Source: a virus (taxonomy: Duplodnaviria; Caudoviricetes). From it: a DNA stretch of 64,000 nt. The translations under genes were made by a program, and so were the position numbers. The notes under the pieces are model-generated. The model searched no databases. It saw nothing but the letters and a program-made list of their open reading frames with translations, and was not told the origin of the DNA. Of the stretch, positions 9,768-19,576 are shown in pieces. Positions within the stretch are counted from its first letter, which is position 1; each line of letters opens with the position of its first letter. The DNA lies in IMG/VR virus record IMGVR_UViG_3300023184_000109, positions 1,826 through 65,825 of that record; one strand, 5' to 3'.

Positions 9768-12700
9768 TGTCATATCTTGGTCTTCAACCCAATACGCCAC
9801 TGCTGAACACCAGTACTGAAACACTCAGTGGCAACAGCATCTTGTACCAATTTACCTTGGCACGCAGTGTGGCCTCGGCGTCTGATATAGACGTCATGAT
9901 TGGTAGCACACTACAAAGACCAGGAACTGATTACACAGCCAGCGGCACAACATTGTTGTTTTATGCACCACCCACAACTGGCACAAACAACATCACCGTT
10001 ACTTATCGTGCTGGTGCGTTAAACAGTCTTGACCTTACAGTATCAACATTCAATGCAGGTACTGTGGCAGCACCTGGTGTTGTAAGTCTAGCTGCCAACA
10101 ACACAGGTATCTATTGGGCCGCTGCCAATTCAATGAGTGTCACTGTCAGTGGCACCAATCGAGCAACATTCAATGCCAATGCAACGTCGGTCGGTACCAC
10201 AACTGGTGCATTGGTCATCAACGGTGGCATTGGTGCTGCGGGAAACATCAACACCAGTGGTAGAATCAACATAACAGATACCACACAAAGTGGCAATGTA
10301 AATTCAGGAAGTCTAACCACAGCAGGTGGCGCAGCCATAGTTGGTAATTTGAATGTGGGCGGTGACATTACCTGTGTGGGCGACTTCACAGTCAACGGTA
10401 CATTTACCACCACAGGCACAGACAGCTTGGCTGTTACAGACCCATTTATTTTCTTGGCAGTAAACAATCCTGGCGACACATATGACTCTGGTGTTGTATC
10501 ACAGTATTTTGACGGTGCCAACACACGATACACTGGTTATTTCCGTGACATAACAGATGCCAAATACAAGTTGTTCACCAACTTGTTGACTCAACCCACC
10601 ACAACAGTTGACACCACAGACCCCAGTTTTAAATACACTGATTTGATCTTGGCCAATTTGAGTGCTACAGGTAATGTCACCGGTACTTACTTCCTGGGCA
10701 ATGGTAGTTTGTTGACAGGTGTTGCTGCAAGTGGCGCGGCCAATGCTATCAGTAATTCAGGTAGCACAGTTATTATTCCAGCACTCAACGGAAATATTGT
10801 CAGTAACGTCAACAGTGTTACCATTGCCACTACCTGGAGTGGAGGCCTAGCAGTAGTTGGTGCGGTGTCTGCCACAACCACAATGAGTGCCACTGGTAAT
10901 ATGATTGCCGGTAACATTCAAACTGCTGGATTATTCAGCGCCACTGGTAATGTGACCAGTGCTGGTAATGTCAGCGCAGGCAATGTACTCACTGGTGGAG
11001 TAGTCAGTGCCACAGCCAACGTCACTGGTGGCAATGTGAATGCCACCACAGCAGTCAGTGCTGGCGGTAATGTTCTGGGGTCAAACTTAAAAACTGGTGG
11101 CATAGTAAGTGCAGTTGGTGATATATTTGGTAACAATATTGGTGCAACCACTAACTTAACTGCTGGCGCTGACGCTACAATTACTGCCAACGTCAATGCT
11201 GGAAATTTATTCACTACAGGTGTTGTTTCGGCAACTGGTAATATAACAGGCAGTTATTTCCTAGGCAATGGTAGCCAACTAACTGGTATTGATGCCACAA
11301 GCATACAAAATGGCACTAGTAATGTGCGTGTGGGCAGTTCAGGTGGCAACGTCACAATTGGAATTGGCGGTACTGCAAATATAGCAGTGTTTGCCAACAC
11401 AGGTGAGTACGTAACTGGGATAATGTCTGCTACGGGCAATGTCACTGGCGGCAATTTGCTCACTGCTAATTTAATTCAAGGTGCTACACTCAGTGCCACT
11501 GGTGCAGTGACATTCTCAGCCACAACACAAAGCATTGGCATTGGTAATAACCAAAGCACTGGTGCTATAGTAATAGGTGCTACAGGACAAACTGGTGAAA
11601 TTGCAATTGGCCAAAGCACTGCCACACAAACAGTGAACATTGCCAATGCTGCTACCAGCACCGCCAATACCAAAACAGTGAATATTGGCCAAGGTGGACT
11701 TGCAGGATCAACCACAAACATCAACGTGGGTCCTGTTGCAGCTACCACAGCCGCAGGACTAGTAACATTTAACACCGGAACACGGGTGGCCATTGCCAAT
11801 ACCAGTGGCACAGCATTAAGCGTAGCCGGTAATATCACAGGCGGCAATGTGTTGTTTGGCGCAGGCGTCATAAGTGGTACAGGTAATATCACTGGTGGCA
11901 ATTTGATCTCGTCAGCGGCTATATCAGCAGCCTCAGTCAGTGCCAGTGCCAACATCACTGGTGGTAACTTGATTACGTCAGCAGCAATAAGTGCCGCATC
12001 AGTGTCGGCTAGTGCCAACATCACTGGTGGTAATATCAACTATGGTTCTGGTATAGTAAGCGGAACTGGTAACATTATTGCTGGAACAGCCAACATCTCG
12101 GGTGGCAACATTCTTGGTACACATGTGGGTTCTGTTGCATTTGCTGCAGGTACAGTAAGTGGTACTGGTAACATCACTGGTGGCAATCTTAATGCTGCTG
12201 GCCTGAGTTTGAGTTCAAATGTAGTAAGCCAAATTGCCACAACTGCCAACGTCACCGGTGGCAATGTTATCTCCACAGCCGCACTCAGTGCAGCTGGTGC
12301 AGTGGCATTCTCGGGCACAACTACCAACATTGATATTGGCACCAGCCAAACTACTGGTGCGCTTGTGCTGGGAGGATCTGCACAAACTGGCACAATCACT
12401 GTTGGGCAAAGCACTGACACTCAAACACTGAATATTCAAGCTGCTGCCACTGCCACAGCAAAAACTAAAACTATTAACTTTGGCACCGGCGGGTTAGCAG
12501 GCTCAACAACTACCATTGCTATTGGACCAGTTGCAGCCACAACTGCTGCTGCTACCGCAACATTTGGTAGCGCCACCACAGTTGCCATTGCCAACACATC
12601 TGGTACAGCATTGAGTGTTACTGGTAACATCACTGGCGGTAACATTGCTGCCACAGCACACACGGGCACCACAGTCAGTGTTACTGGTAATGTAACTGGT

Positions 12701-13387
12701 GGCAATTTGAATGCAGCTGGGTTGAGTTTATCAAGCAACGTAGTATCAGCATTGAATTTGAATTCAAGTTTGACAGCAACTACAACTATCAGTGCTGTAG
12801 GCAATATTACCGGTGGTAACTTGATCACTGGTGGATTGATTTCAGCAACTGCAGGAATAACAGGTGCAGCCATAACTGGTACTAGTTTGACAGTATCAAC
12901 TGGTAACATCAGTGGTGGCAACATCAATAACAACAACACTACTGGTGTGGGTAACATTGGCACTTCTGCAGTGACATTCAACACTGTGTTTGCCAAAGCA
13001 ACATCAGCACAATACGCTGACTTGGCAGAATGGTATGAAGCAGATGCTGATTATGCTCCAGGCACTGTGTTGGTATTTGGTGGTAGCAAAGAAGTCACCG
13101 AAGCCATTGGTATCAATGATGTGCGTGTGGCTGGTGTAGTAAGTACAAATCCAGCACACATCATGAACTCGGGACTTAAAGCACCTCATACAGCAGCCGT
13201 AGCACTGACAGGACGTGTACCTACTCTAGTTGTTGGTCCAGTGGCCAAAGGCGACATGATGGTCACAGCCGGTGGCGGCAGAGCGCAGGCTTGTGCAGAA
13301 CCTAGAATGGGTGCAGTAATTGGCAAAGCCTTGCAAGACCACCCAGGCGGTCAAGGCATGATAGAAATTGTTGTTGGAAGAATGTAA
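9767..13387 (+). CDS. Tail fibre with C-terminal intramolecular-chaperone (peptidase G2/S74-like) domain
   Basis: GNITGGN repeats; C-terminal AQYADLAEWYEAD, VAGVVSTNPA, VALTGRVP, KGDMMV and IGKAL motifs. Confidence 0.75.
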   Translation: MSYLGLQPNTPLLNTSTETLSGNSILYQFTLARSVASASDIDVMIGSTLQRPGTDYTASGTTLLFYAPPTTGTNNITVTYRAGALNSLDLTVSTFNAGTVAAPGVVSLAANNTGIYWAAANSMSVTVSGTNRATFNANATSVGTTTGALVINGGIGAAGNINTSGRINITDTTQSGNVNSGSLTTAGGAAIVGNLNVGGDITCVGDFTVNGTFTTTGTDSLAVTDPFIFLAVNNPGDTYDSGVVSQYFDGANTRYTGYFRDITDAKYKLFTNLLTQPTTTVDTTDPSFKYTDLILANLSATGNVTGTYFLGNGSLLTGVAASGAANAISNSGSTVIIPALNGNIVSNVNSVTIATTWSGGLAVVGAVSATTTMSATGNMIAGNIQTAGLFSATGNVTSAGNVSAGNVLTGGVVSATANVTGGNVNATTAVSAGGNVLGSNLKTGGIVSAVGDIFGNNIGATTNLTAGADATITANVNAGNLFTTGVVSATGNITGSYFLGNGSQLTGIDATSIQNGTSNVRVGSSGGNVTIGIGGTANIAVFANTGEYVTGIMSATGNVTGGNLLTANLIQGATLSATGAVTFSATTQSIGIGNNQSTGAIVIGATGQTGEIAIGQSTATQTVNIANAATSTANTKTVNIGQGGLAGSTTNINVGPVAATTAAGLVTFNTGTRVAIANTSGTALSVAGNITGGNVLFGAGVISGTGNITGGNLISSAAISAASVSASANITGGNLITSAAISAASVSASANITGGNINYGSGIVSGTGNIIAGTANISGGNILGTHVGSVAFAAGTVSGTGNITGGNLNAAGLSLSSNVVSQIATTANVTGGNVISTAALSAAGAVAFSGTTTNIDIGTSQTTGALVLGGSAQTGTITVGQSTDTQTLNIQAAATATAKTKTINFGTGGLAGSTTTIAIGPVAATTAAATATFGSATTVAIANTSGTALSVTGNITGGNIAATAHTGTTVSVTGNVTGGNLNAAGLSLSSNVVSALNLNSSLTATTTISAVGNITGGNLITGGLISATAGITGAAITGTSLTVSTGNISGGNINNNNTTGVGNIGTSAVTFNTVFAKATSAQYADLAEWYEADADYAPGTVLVFGGSKEVTEAIGINDVRVAGVVSTNPAHIMNSGLKAPHTAAVALTGRVPTLVVGPVAKGDMMVTAGGGRAQACAEPRMGAVIGKALQDHPGGQGMIEIVVGRM

Positions 13388-13396
13388 GGATAACAC

Positions 13397-13789
13397 ATGT
13401 CATACCTAGGTAATACTCCGCAAATTGGTCAATATCGAAAAATGGATTCGTTGACCTTCAACGGTGTAACACAAACTTTTAATATCACAATCAGTGGAGT
13501 ACCATTTAATCCTCCCACGGCCTATGCCATGCTAGCCGTGTTGAACAGTAACCCATTGAATCCGGGCGTGGACTTTTCAATATCTGGATCAACAATAAGT
13601 TTTGCAACGCCGCCAGCGGCGTTTACTCCATTCTTTGGACTCATATTCGGAGATACGCTATATACAGGTACACCCGGTGACGCAACAGTAATAAACAGCA
13701 AAATTGCGCAAGGAACAATCAATTATGATCGTTTCAGCGCCGACACACAGTCAACCTTGACTGCTAATCAAATCATATTTGGAGTTTAA
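13397..13789 (+). CDS. Small virion protein similar to the N-terminus of the preceding fibre
   Basis: MSYLGNTP...NPGVDFSISGSTISFATPP resembles MSYLGLQP...RPGTDYTASGTTLLFYAPP. Confidence 0.6.
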   Translation: MSYLGNTPQIGQYRKMDSLTFNGVTQTFNITISGVPFNPPTAYAMLAVLNSNPLNPGVDFSISGSTISFATPPAAFTPFFGLIFGDTLYTGTPGDATVINSKIAQGTINYDRFSADTQSTLTANQIIFGV

Positions 13790-13794
13790 AAAAA

Positions 13795-16700
13795 ATGGCA
13801 AGAAAAAGAATATACGAGTACGTATTCACACCAGGTACATCGGGAGTGGGAACGATTGCAGTTCAAGATCGTATCAACCTGGAAGACTTCTTGGCCATAT
13901 ACGATACCACAACAAACGTCAGCGTCTACAATTTTGGAGCACCCACACAAGGTGGCACAGTGAGTTGGAGTGCAGGCACCATTGCAGGTTTGCCCACAGC
14001 CTATGCTGGAGTTACCACACTGACTTTGGATGCCGACACAAGTAGTTTGAGTGCCAATGACAAATTGGCCATCTATGTTGAAGACCGCAATCTTAGTGTA
14101 CAACCCTGGGACTTTGGCATGGATGCCATTGGACGTGAACGTGTCAGCAACCCTGAATCACTGATTGACGCTGACTTTGAATATGGTCTACAAAATACCA
14201 AATGGCAAAACGTCAGCACCATCAACAACATCCCTAGTTTTTACGAAGATGTTGGTGCAGACTTGGTGTACAACACCAATGGTTATACCACAATGTTGTC
14301 AAGCACAAACTTGCTGACCAGTTCGGGTGACACTTCAGTCAACACAGAAAATCAAGGCACAGCACCATTCATCAACGATGATTATGTGTTGATTGTGAGT
14401 CAAACACAAGGTAACACAACACCATTTGTGTCAAGTTATCTCACAGCCAACGTCAACAGCAGTGCAGAACGCACATTCACAGTGGCATCAACAACTGGCA
14501 TCGCTGCAGGAGATAACATTGTGTTGATTGGGTTGCCTACCACAGGTGGCACCACCACAGCAGTCAGCGCCATTACCAGTACCGCTACCACAACAGTCAA
14601 CGTTACAGATGCCGCAACTGCTGGTATTATAGCAGGCACTTACATCATTGTACAAACTGATACAGCCAACGTTTATGAAGTTATGGCAGTGACTTCGGTG
14701 TCTACCAACGCACTTACTGTGGTACGCCAAAGCAACAAAACCAACGGTTCGGCTGCCAACATTGCCACTGGTCGAAATGTATTTACAGTCAGCACCATGG
14801 AAATTGCACAAGTACAAGAAGTCACAGATGCCACAACATTGCAACTCAACCGCGGCTGGTACAATATTCCAGCAGCCAACACATTTGTGTCTGGCTCAGT
14901 GTTTCAAAGACTCAGTAGCAACGTGGAAATTGTTAAGAATACTACAGCCGCCACCAATGTCAATGGCACACAAACCATCGCTCGTGGACAATTCAACACC
15001 ACAGCACTGACCGCTGCTGGCGTGGGATCACCGTTTGTGCGCATGACTGGTATGTTCTATGGCGGATCAAACACCATTCCCTCTGTTACTGTCAACGTTA
15101 CAGATACCCCGTTGGATGCCAACGAATATATCAGCACACAAAATACTTCAGTAACCAATGCTGAAGGTATTCAAATTGTTTACCTGGGCGAAACCAATAA
15201 CTTTGCTTACTATCCACGTAGATCACTTGCAGTGGCGCCTGGATATCCGCTAAATCAACAAGATACCTCAGTACGTCAAGCGTTTCCTTACACTGGTGCC
15301 GATTTTGACATTGCATCTGTGGTCAGTGATGGCGGCAACCCCAGCACCATCACAGTGACCACACTGTATGCACACGGCTTGTTCCCTGGCTGTCCTATTA
15401 TTGTGGACATGACTGGTGGCACCAACACCAGTTATGCCGAAGGCTCATTCATTGTGAATGCCATTCCCAGTACCACAACATTCCAGTTTACTGCCAAAAC
15501 AGGTGCTGCGGTAAGTGGCAGTTTGACAGCCGTGATCAATGTGCGAAGCAACGCTGTGTTCCAAGCAAGACCGTTTGACGGCGGTGTGCTCATGGGACCA
15601 GGAACTCCTTCTCGTGGTGCCAGTGCAACTCGTGTGACCAAAAAATATTTCCGCTACCAATCTGGCAAAGGTATTTTCTTTAGCACAGGTACTGTGTTGG
15701 CTCCTACCCTAGACGTGAGCAATGTCACTTCAGATGGCACCGCAATCAACAGCAACATCACAATTACCACAGACATTGAGCACGGTCTCAATGCTGGCGC
15801 AACCATTGCACTGAGTGGTATTACCACATCAGGTTACGATGCCACAGGGTACATTGTCACAAGTGTTACTAGTGATACTAGTTTTGTTGTGGCAGCACAA
15901 GGCACATTGGGCAGTACTTCTCCTGTGCTAGGACAGCAACCTCGTATCAACGTCACTGGCTGGCAGGGATCAAGTATCCGTGCAGGATTGTTTGATGATC
16001 AAAATGGATTGTTCTGGGAAAACGATGGAGTAACAGTAAATGCTGTGCAACGATCAAGCACATTCCAAACAGCAGGCCTGGTCAGCGTCTCAGTTGGTTC
16101 CAATCTAGTAACAGGCGACGGCAACTGCCGTTTCCAAGATCAACTCAACGTAGGTGATGTTGTTGTGATCCGTGGTATGACACACAGTGTGGCGTCAATT
16201 GCCAACAACAATCGCATGACAGTGGTGCCCACATTCCGCGGAGTGTCAAACCAAACTCGTGTGAAAATGGCCTTGCGCAATGAGATTCGTGTGCGTCAAG
16301 CAAACTTCAACATTGACCCACTAAACGGCACAGGTGCATCAGGATTCACACTTGATGCCAGCAAGATGCAGATGTATGCGTTGGAATACTCATGGTACGG
16401 TGCTGGTACTGTTATTTGGATGTTGCGCGGACAAGACGGCCGTTTCAATCATGCGCACCGACGTCCCAACAACAACTTGAACAATGAAGCATACATGCGT
16501 TCAGGTAACTTGCCTGCACGATACGAAGCCATCAACGAAACTCCTACAAGTGCATTGAATGGCGCAATTGACAACAGTCAGACCACAATCACATTGAAAG
16601 ATGCCACAGACTACCCACCGGCAAGTGTGACATATCCTGCTTATGTGATGATTGACAGTGAAGTCATAAAGTATTCAGGTAAAAATGGCAATGACTTGAC

Positions 16701-17751
16701 TGGTTGCACACGTGCCGCAACATTTACACAGTGGGCTGAGGGACAAAGCCGCAGTTATACCAGTAGCGCAGCCACAAGTCATTTGGATAATGCAGGCGTG
16801 ATATTGATCTCCAATACCTGTGTACCACTAGTAAGTCACTGGGGTAGTGCGGTTATCATGGATGGTAACTTCAACGGCGACGAAGGTTTCTCATTCACAT
16901 ACAATCGCAGCAACTATGGTTTGCCAGCCACAACTGGTGCCAGCCAAACAGCGTTCTTGATGCGACTAGCCCCCAGTGTTAGTAATAGTATCATTGGCGA
17001 TTTGGGTGTGCGTGACCTGATCAATCGTGCGCAGTTGACACTGCAAACACTCACAGTGAACGTGAGTGCAGGACGATATCTTGTGACAGGTATTTTGAAT
17101 CCCAACAACATTGACTCAGCTAATACCACCTGGGCTGGATTAAACAATGCAGGTGGTGGTTTCCAGCCCAGTTTCACACAGTTTGCTGTGGCTCCTCGAT
17201 ACAACAACGAAACCACAGGTGGTGTACAGGCTGCCCCGTTGAACACCACTGGTGGTTTTTCACGCTCGGGCACCATGGTAAGTTCCAGCTCAGTTAAAAC
17301 TTATTCTGGACTGGCATTCACCGTTGTGTCAAGTGGCGGTTCGGGAGCCAACGTTACAGTAACACTACAGGCCAATAAAACTGTGTATAGTACAACCACA
17401 ACTGCTATCAGTGTTCAAAATCCTGGCACAGGTTATGCTGTGGGCGACACACTAAAAATTCTTGGCAACGCACTTGGTGGAGCCAACACCACAAACGATT
17501 TGTTCTTGACAGTGGCTGCGGTATCAGCAGATATCACCGGGGGCGAACGACTGTTTGCCATTCCAATTCAGGCCACAGGTGTAAACAATTTGGATCTAAC
17601 ACAGATCAAACAGATTGGACAAAGTTCAATTCCAGGAACAGGTACCTATCCCAATGGTCCAGAAGTGCTGGCTGTGGTGATCTCTGCATTGAGTACAACT
17701 GCAACACCAGTTGGTGAAATTCAGTTGAGTTTCCAGGAAAGCCAGGCTTAA
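13795..17751 (+). CDS. Large virion structural protein (baseplate/appendage)
   Basis: 1318 aa, beta-rich, with repeated ITxTTxxxHGLxxG domains and a GTGYAVGDTL motif. Confidence 0.65.
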   Translation: MARKRIYEYVFTPGTSGVGTIAVQDRINLEDFLAIYDTTTNVSVYNFGAPTQGGTVSWSAGTIAGLPTAYAGVTTLTLDADTSSLSANDKLAIYVEDRNLSVQPWDFGMDAIGRERVSNPESLIDADFEYGLQNTKWQNVSTINNIPSFYEDVGADLVYNTNGYTTMLSSTNLLTSSGDTSVNTENQGTAPFINDDYVLIVSQTQGNTTPFVSSYLTANVNSSAERTFTVASTTGIAAGDNIVLIGLPTTGGTTTAVSAITSTATTTVNVTDAATAGIIAGTYIIVQTDTANVYEVMAVTSVSTNALTVVRQSNKTNGSAANIATGRNVFTVSTMEIAQVQEVTDATTLQLNRGWYNIPAANTFVSGSVFQRLSSNVEIVKNTTAATNVNGTQTIARGQFNTTALTAAGVGSPFVRMTGMFYGGSNTIPSVTVNVTDTPLDANEYISTQNTSVTNAEGIQIVYLGETNNFAYYPRRSLAVAPGYPLNQQDTSVRQAFPYTGADFDIASVVSDGGNPSTITVTTLYAHGLFPGCPIIVDMTGGTNTSYAEGSFIVNAIPSTTTFQFTAKTGAAVSGSLTAVINVRSNAVFQARPFDGGVLMGPGTPSRGASATRVTKKYFRYQSGKGIFFSTGTVLAPTLDVSNVTSDGTAINSNITITTDIEHGLNAGATIALSGITTSGYDATGYIVTSVTSDTSFVVAAQGTLGSTSPVLGQQPRINVTGWQGSSIRAGLFDDQNGLFWENDGVTVNAVQRSSTFQTAGLVSVSVGSNLVTGDGNCRFQDQLNVGDVVVIRGMTHSVASIANNNRMTVVPTFRGVSNQTRVKMALRNEIRVRQANFNIDPLNGTGASGFTLDASKMQMYALEYSWYGAGTVIWMLRGQDGRFNHAHRRPNNNLNNEAYMRSGNLPARYEAINETPTSALNGAIDNSQTTITLKDATDYPPASVTYPAYVMIDSEVIKYSGKNGNDLTGCTRAATFTQWAEGQSRSYTSSAATSHLDNAGVILISNTCVPLVSHWGSAVIMDGNFNGDEGFSFTYNRSNYGLPATTGASQTAFLMRLAPSVSNSIIGDLGVRDLINRAQLTLQTLTVNVSAGRYLVTGILNPNNIDSANTTWAGLNNAGGGFQPSFTQFAVAPRYNNETTGGVQAAPLNTTGGFSRSGTMVSSSSVKTYSGLAFTVVSSGGSGANVTVTLQANKTVYSTTTTAISVQNPGTGYAVGDTLKILGNALGGANTTNDLFLTVAAVSADITGGERLFAIPIQATGVNNLDLTQIKQIGQSSIPGTGTYPNGPEVLAVVISALSTTATPVGEIQLSFQESQA

Positions 17752-18188
17752 CTACTCAAAGCAAGATACCGCTCAACAGTGTCTATCTTGCTTTGTACTG
17801 TTTCAATGTTCACAGTTGACCACAATCCAGGATGCATGGGTCTGGGCCATTGTCCACGGTCAATCCAGGCATAGCCCATGTGCTCGTGATTCAACACAGG
17901 CACAAATTCATCGGCAACAACACAAACCCAGGTGTTGTATTCAAATTGACTATCCGCTGATGTGAATTTTTCTAGAGGAACCAGTCGTTGATACTCAGGC
18001 ATGCTACCCAGTTCTTCAATGCATTCACGTTCCATGGCACCTAGCAAAGTTTCGCCTGATTCTACCTTGCCACCAGGTAGTCCCCATGTACCAGGATGTC
18101 GCGTGTCGTTGCGCAACAAGTACAAGTATCTTCCAGTGGTGCTGCTACGAAACCAAACTCCCACTGCCTTCAAAGTACCAGCCTCCAA
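17748..18188 (-). CDS. NUDIX hydrolase
   Basis: Nudix box GGKVESGETLLGAMERECIEELG. Confidence 0.9.
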   Translation of the reverse strand: MEAGTLKAVGVWFRSSTTGRYLYLLRNDTRHPGTWGLPGGKVESGETLLGAMERECIEELGSMPEYQRLVPLEKFTSADSQFEYNTWVCVVADEFVPVLNHEHMGYAWIDRGQWPRPMHPGLWSTVNIETVQSKIDTVERYLALSS

Positions 18189-19573
18189 GTACCTCCAACA
18201 TATACACCTTGGTAACTTTTGACCCAGGCTTCGCCAGTCCAGCGATATTGTATGTCAGTGGTTATGTTTGTGACGTATTGGGTTACATCAGACTCTGTAG
18301 CGGCTCTAAATACCACACGCCAGTAGTTGTTGGAGTATTCAACAATGTCATTGGCCTGCGCCACCAAGCCACGACCATTGCTGCCAACCCAAGCTTCAGC
18401 TGGATATTCATTGTCCAATGATCCAGTATCTTCTGTGAGCAGATATCGTTGTCCCTCTAATGCAGAATCCAACCCATCACCAGGACCAGATGTAAGCGGA
18501 TTAATCACTGCATCAATGGGAGACAAGGTGTTTTGCGGAGTGGTATCAATGTCAACGTCAAACAACATGAATCGGTCATCATTGGGGTCTAGTGCAACGG
18601 TACCAATTACCTCAGTGCCGTCTGGTTGTTCTAATCGTATTTGACTCACACCTGGACGCAATGTGCCATACACATCTACCACAGCAGGCCACAACAAGTT
18701 TGAATCTGGCACAATCACACCTGGGTCCAGTGATGCATTACTGGGCTCTTCAACTACAGACGTTTGTTGCAAGCACTGTAGTTTGTTACCAATCAGTACC
18801 ACTGCCCAGTTGTAAGGCGTGATGACTTGTCTGGTGCCCAGCAATAAATCGTTGTTGGTGACCGCATCATGCAAGTCACCGTGTGCATCATACATTGATG
18901 CAATGATGCGTTCTACAACACCCAGCTTCTTGACCTTGGCCGGGCTTGACAACCAAATTGGCATGGTAAATGTTAATGAAGCAATGTCAGTGGGGTTTTC
19001 TGTGTTAATCGGTACTGTGCGACTTGACCACACAGTTCTGTCCAGGTACATCACACTCAGACTGGTCCAGTCAATGTAGTTGTCTGTGCTCTGTATTTCC
19101 AAACTGGGGTTGAACAAGGTAAGGATCTGTTCCAACAACTGCAATTTTTGATTGGTGTTTGATGTCCAAATATCCAATTGTATTGTGAGTTTGAACGGCA
19201 CCGGCATCAGTCGTTCCACAGTAAAAGCATTGCCCTGTGTGGTTTCGTAACTTTCAGTTGCTGTGTCATAGGTACGTTGTCGCACATTGACTTTGCTCAC
19301 AAAATATGGCTCTTGCATGCGACTTTGTTCATAGTCCAGGCCAGTGATATAAAATGTCATCAAGGGAGTTGACGGCAAACTGTTGCGGCTGTTTTCTTGT
19401 ATGATGGTTTGCGCATTGCGGCTGGCATCACCATAGCGCACAGGCACACGCAACAGCGTGGCAGCGTTGGGTCCGTTGTTTTCGTTGGCGTATTCAACTT
19501 GAAAACCTGAAAAGATTCTTGTGAACTGCAACAAGAATCTGCGTATTTGTTCGTCATAAAAGAAACTTTGCAT
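18170..19573 (-). CDS. gp15: Tail sheath stabiliser/terminator (T4 gp15-like) with C-terminal extension
   Basis: FFYDEQIRRFLLQF, VPVRYG, PVPFKLTIQLDIW and LEQILTLFNP motifs, next to a neck gene. Confidence 0.65.
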   Translation of the reverse strand: MQSFFYDEQIRRFLLQFTRIFSGFQVEYANENNGPNAATLLRVPVRYGDASRNAQTIIQENSRNSLPSTPLMTFYITGLDYEQSRMQEPYFVSKVNVRQRTYDTATESYETTQGNAFTVERLMPVPFKLTIQLDIWTSNTNQKLQLLEQILTLFNPSLEIQSTDNYIDWTSLSVMYLDRTVWSSRTVPINTENPTDIASLTFTMPIWLSSPAKVKKLGVVERIIASMYDAHGDLHDAVTNNDLLLGTRQVITPYNWAVVLIGNKLQCLQQTSVVEEPSNASLDPGVIVPDSNLLWPAVVDVYGTLRPGVSQIRLEQPDGTEVIGTVALDPNDDRFMLFDVDIDTTPQNTLSPIDAVINPLTSGPGDGLDSALEGQRYLLTEDTGSLDNEYPAEAWVGSNGRGLVAQANDIVEYSNNYWRVVFRAATESDVTQYVTNITTDIQYRWTGEAWVKSYQGVYVGGTWRLVL

Positions 19574-19576
19574 AAT

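Noticed and set aside
13780-13797. GTTTAAAAAAAATG as a possible -1 frameshift fusing 13397 to 13795
   Set aside because: The TTTAAAA heptamer is not in the X XXY YYZ phase, and GGAG plus the A-run is an ordinary RBS for 13795.
2877-17276. Many antisense ORFs (up to 328 aa) rich in LPPVMLP opposite the fibre genes
   Set aside because: They mirror the GGN/AAY/ACN codon repeats of the sense genes and have no RBS or independent motifs.
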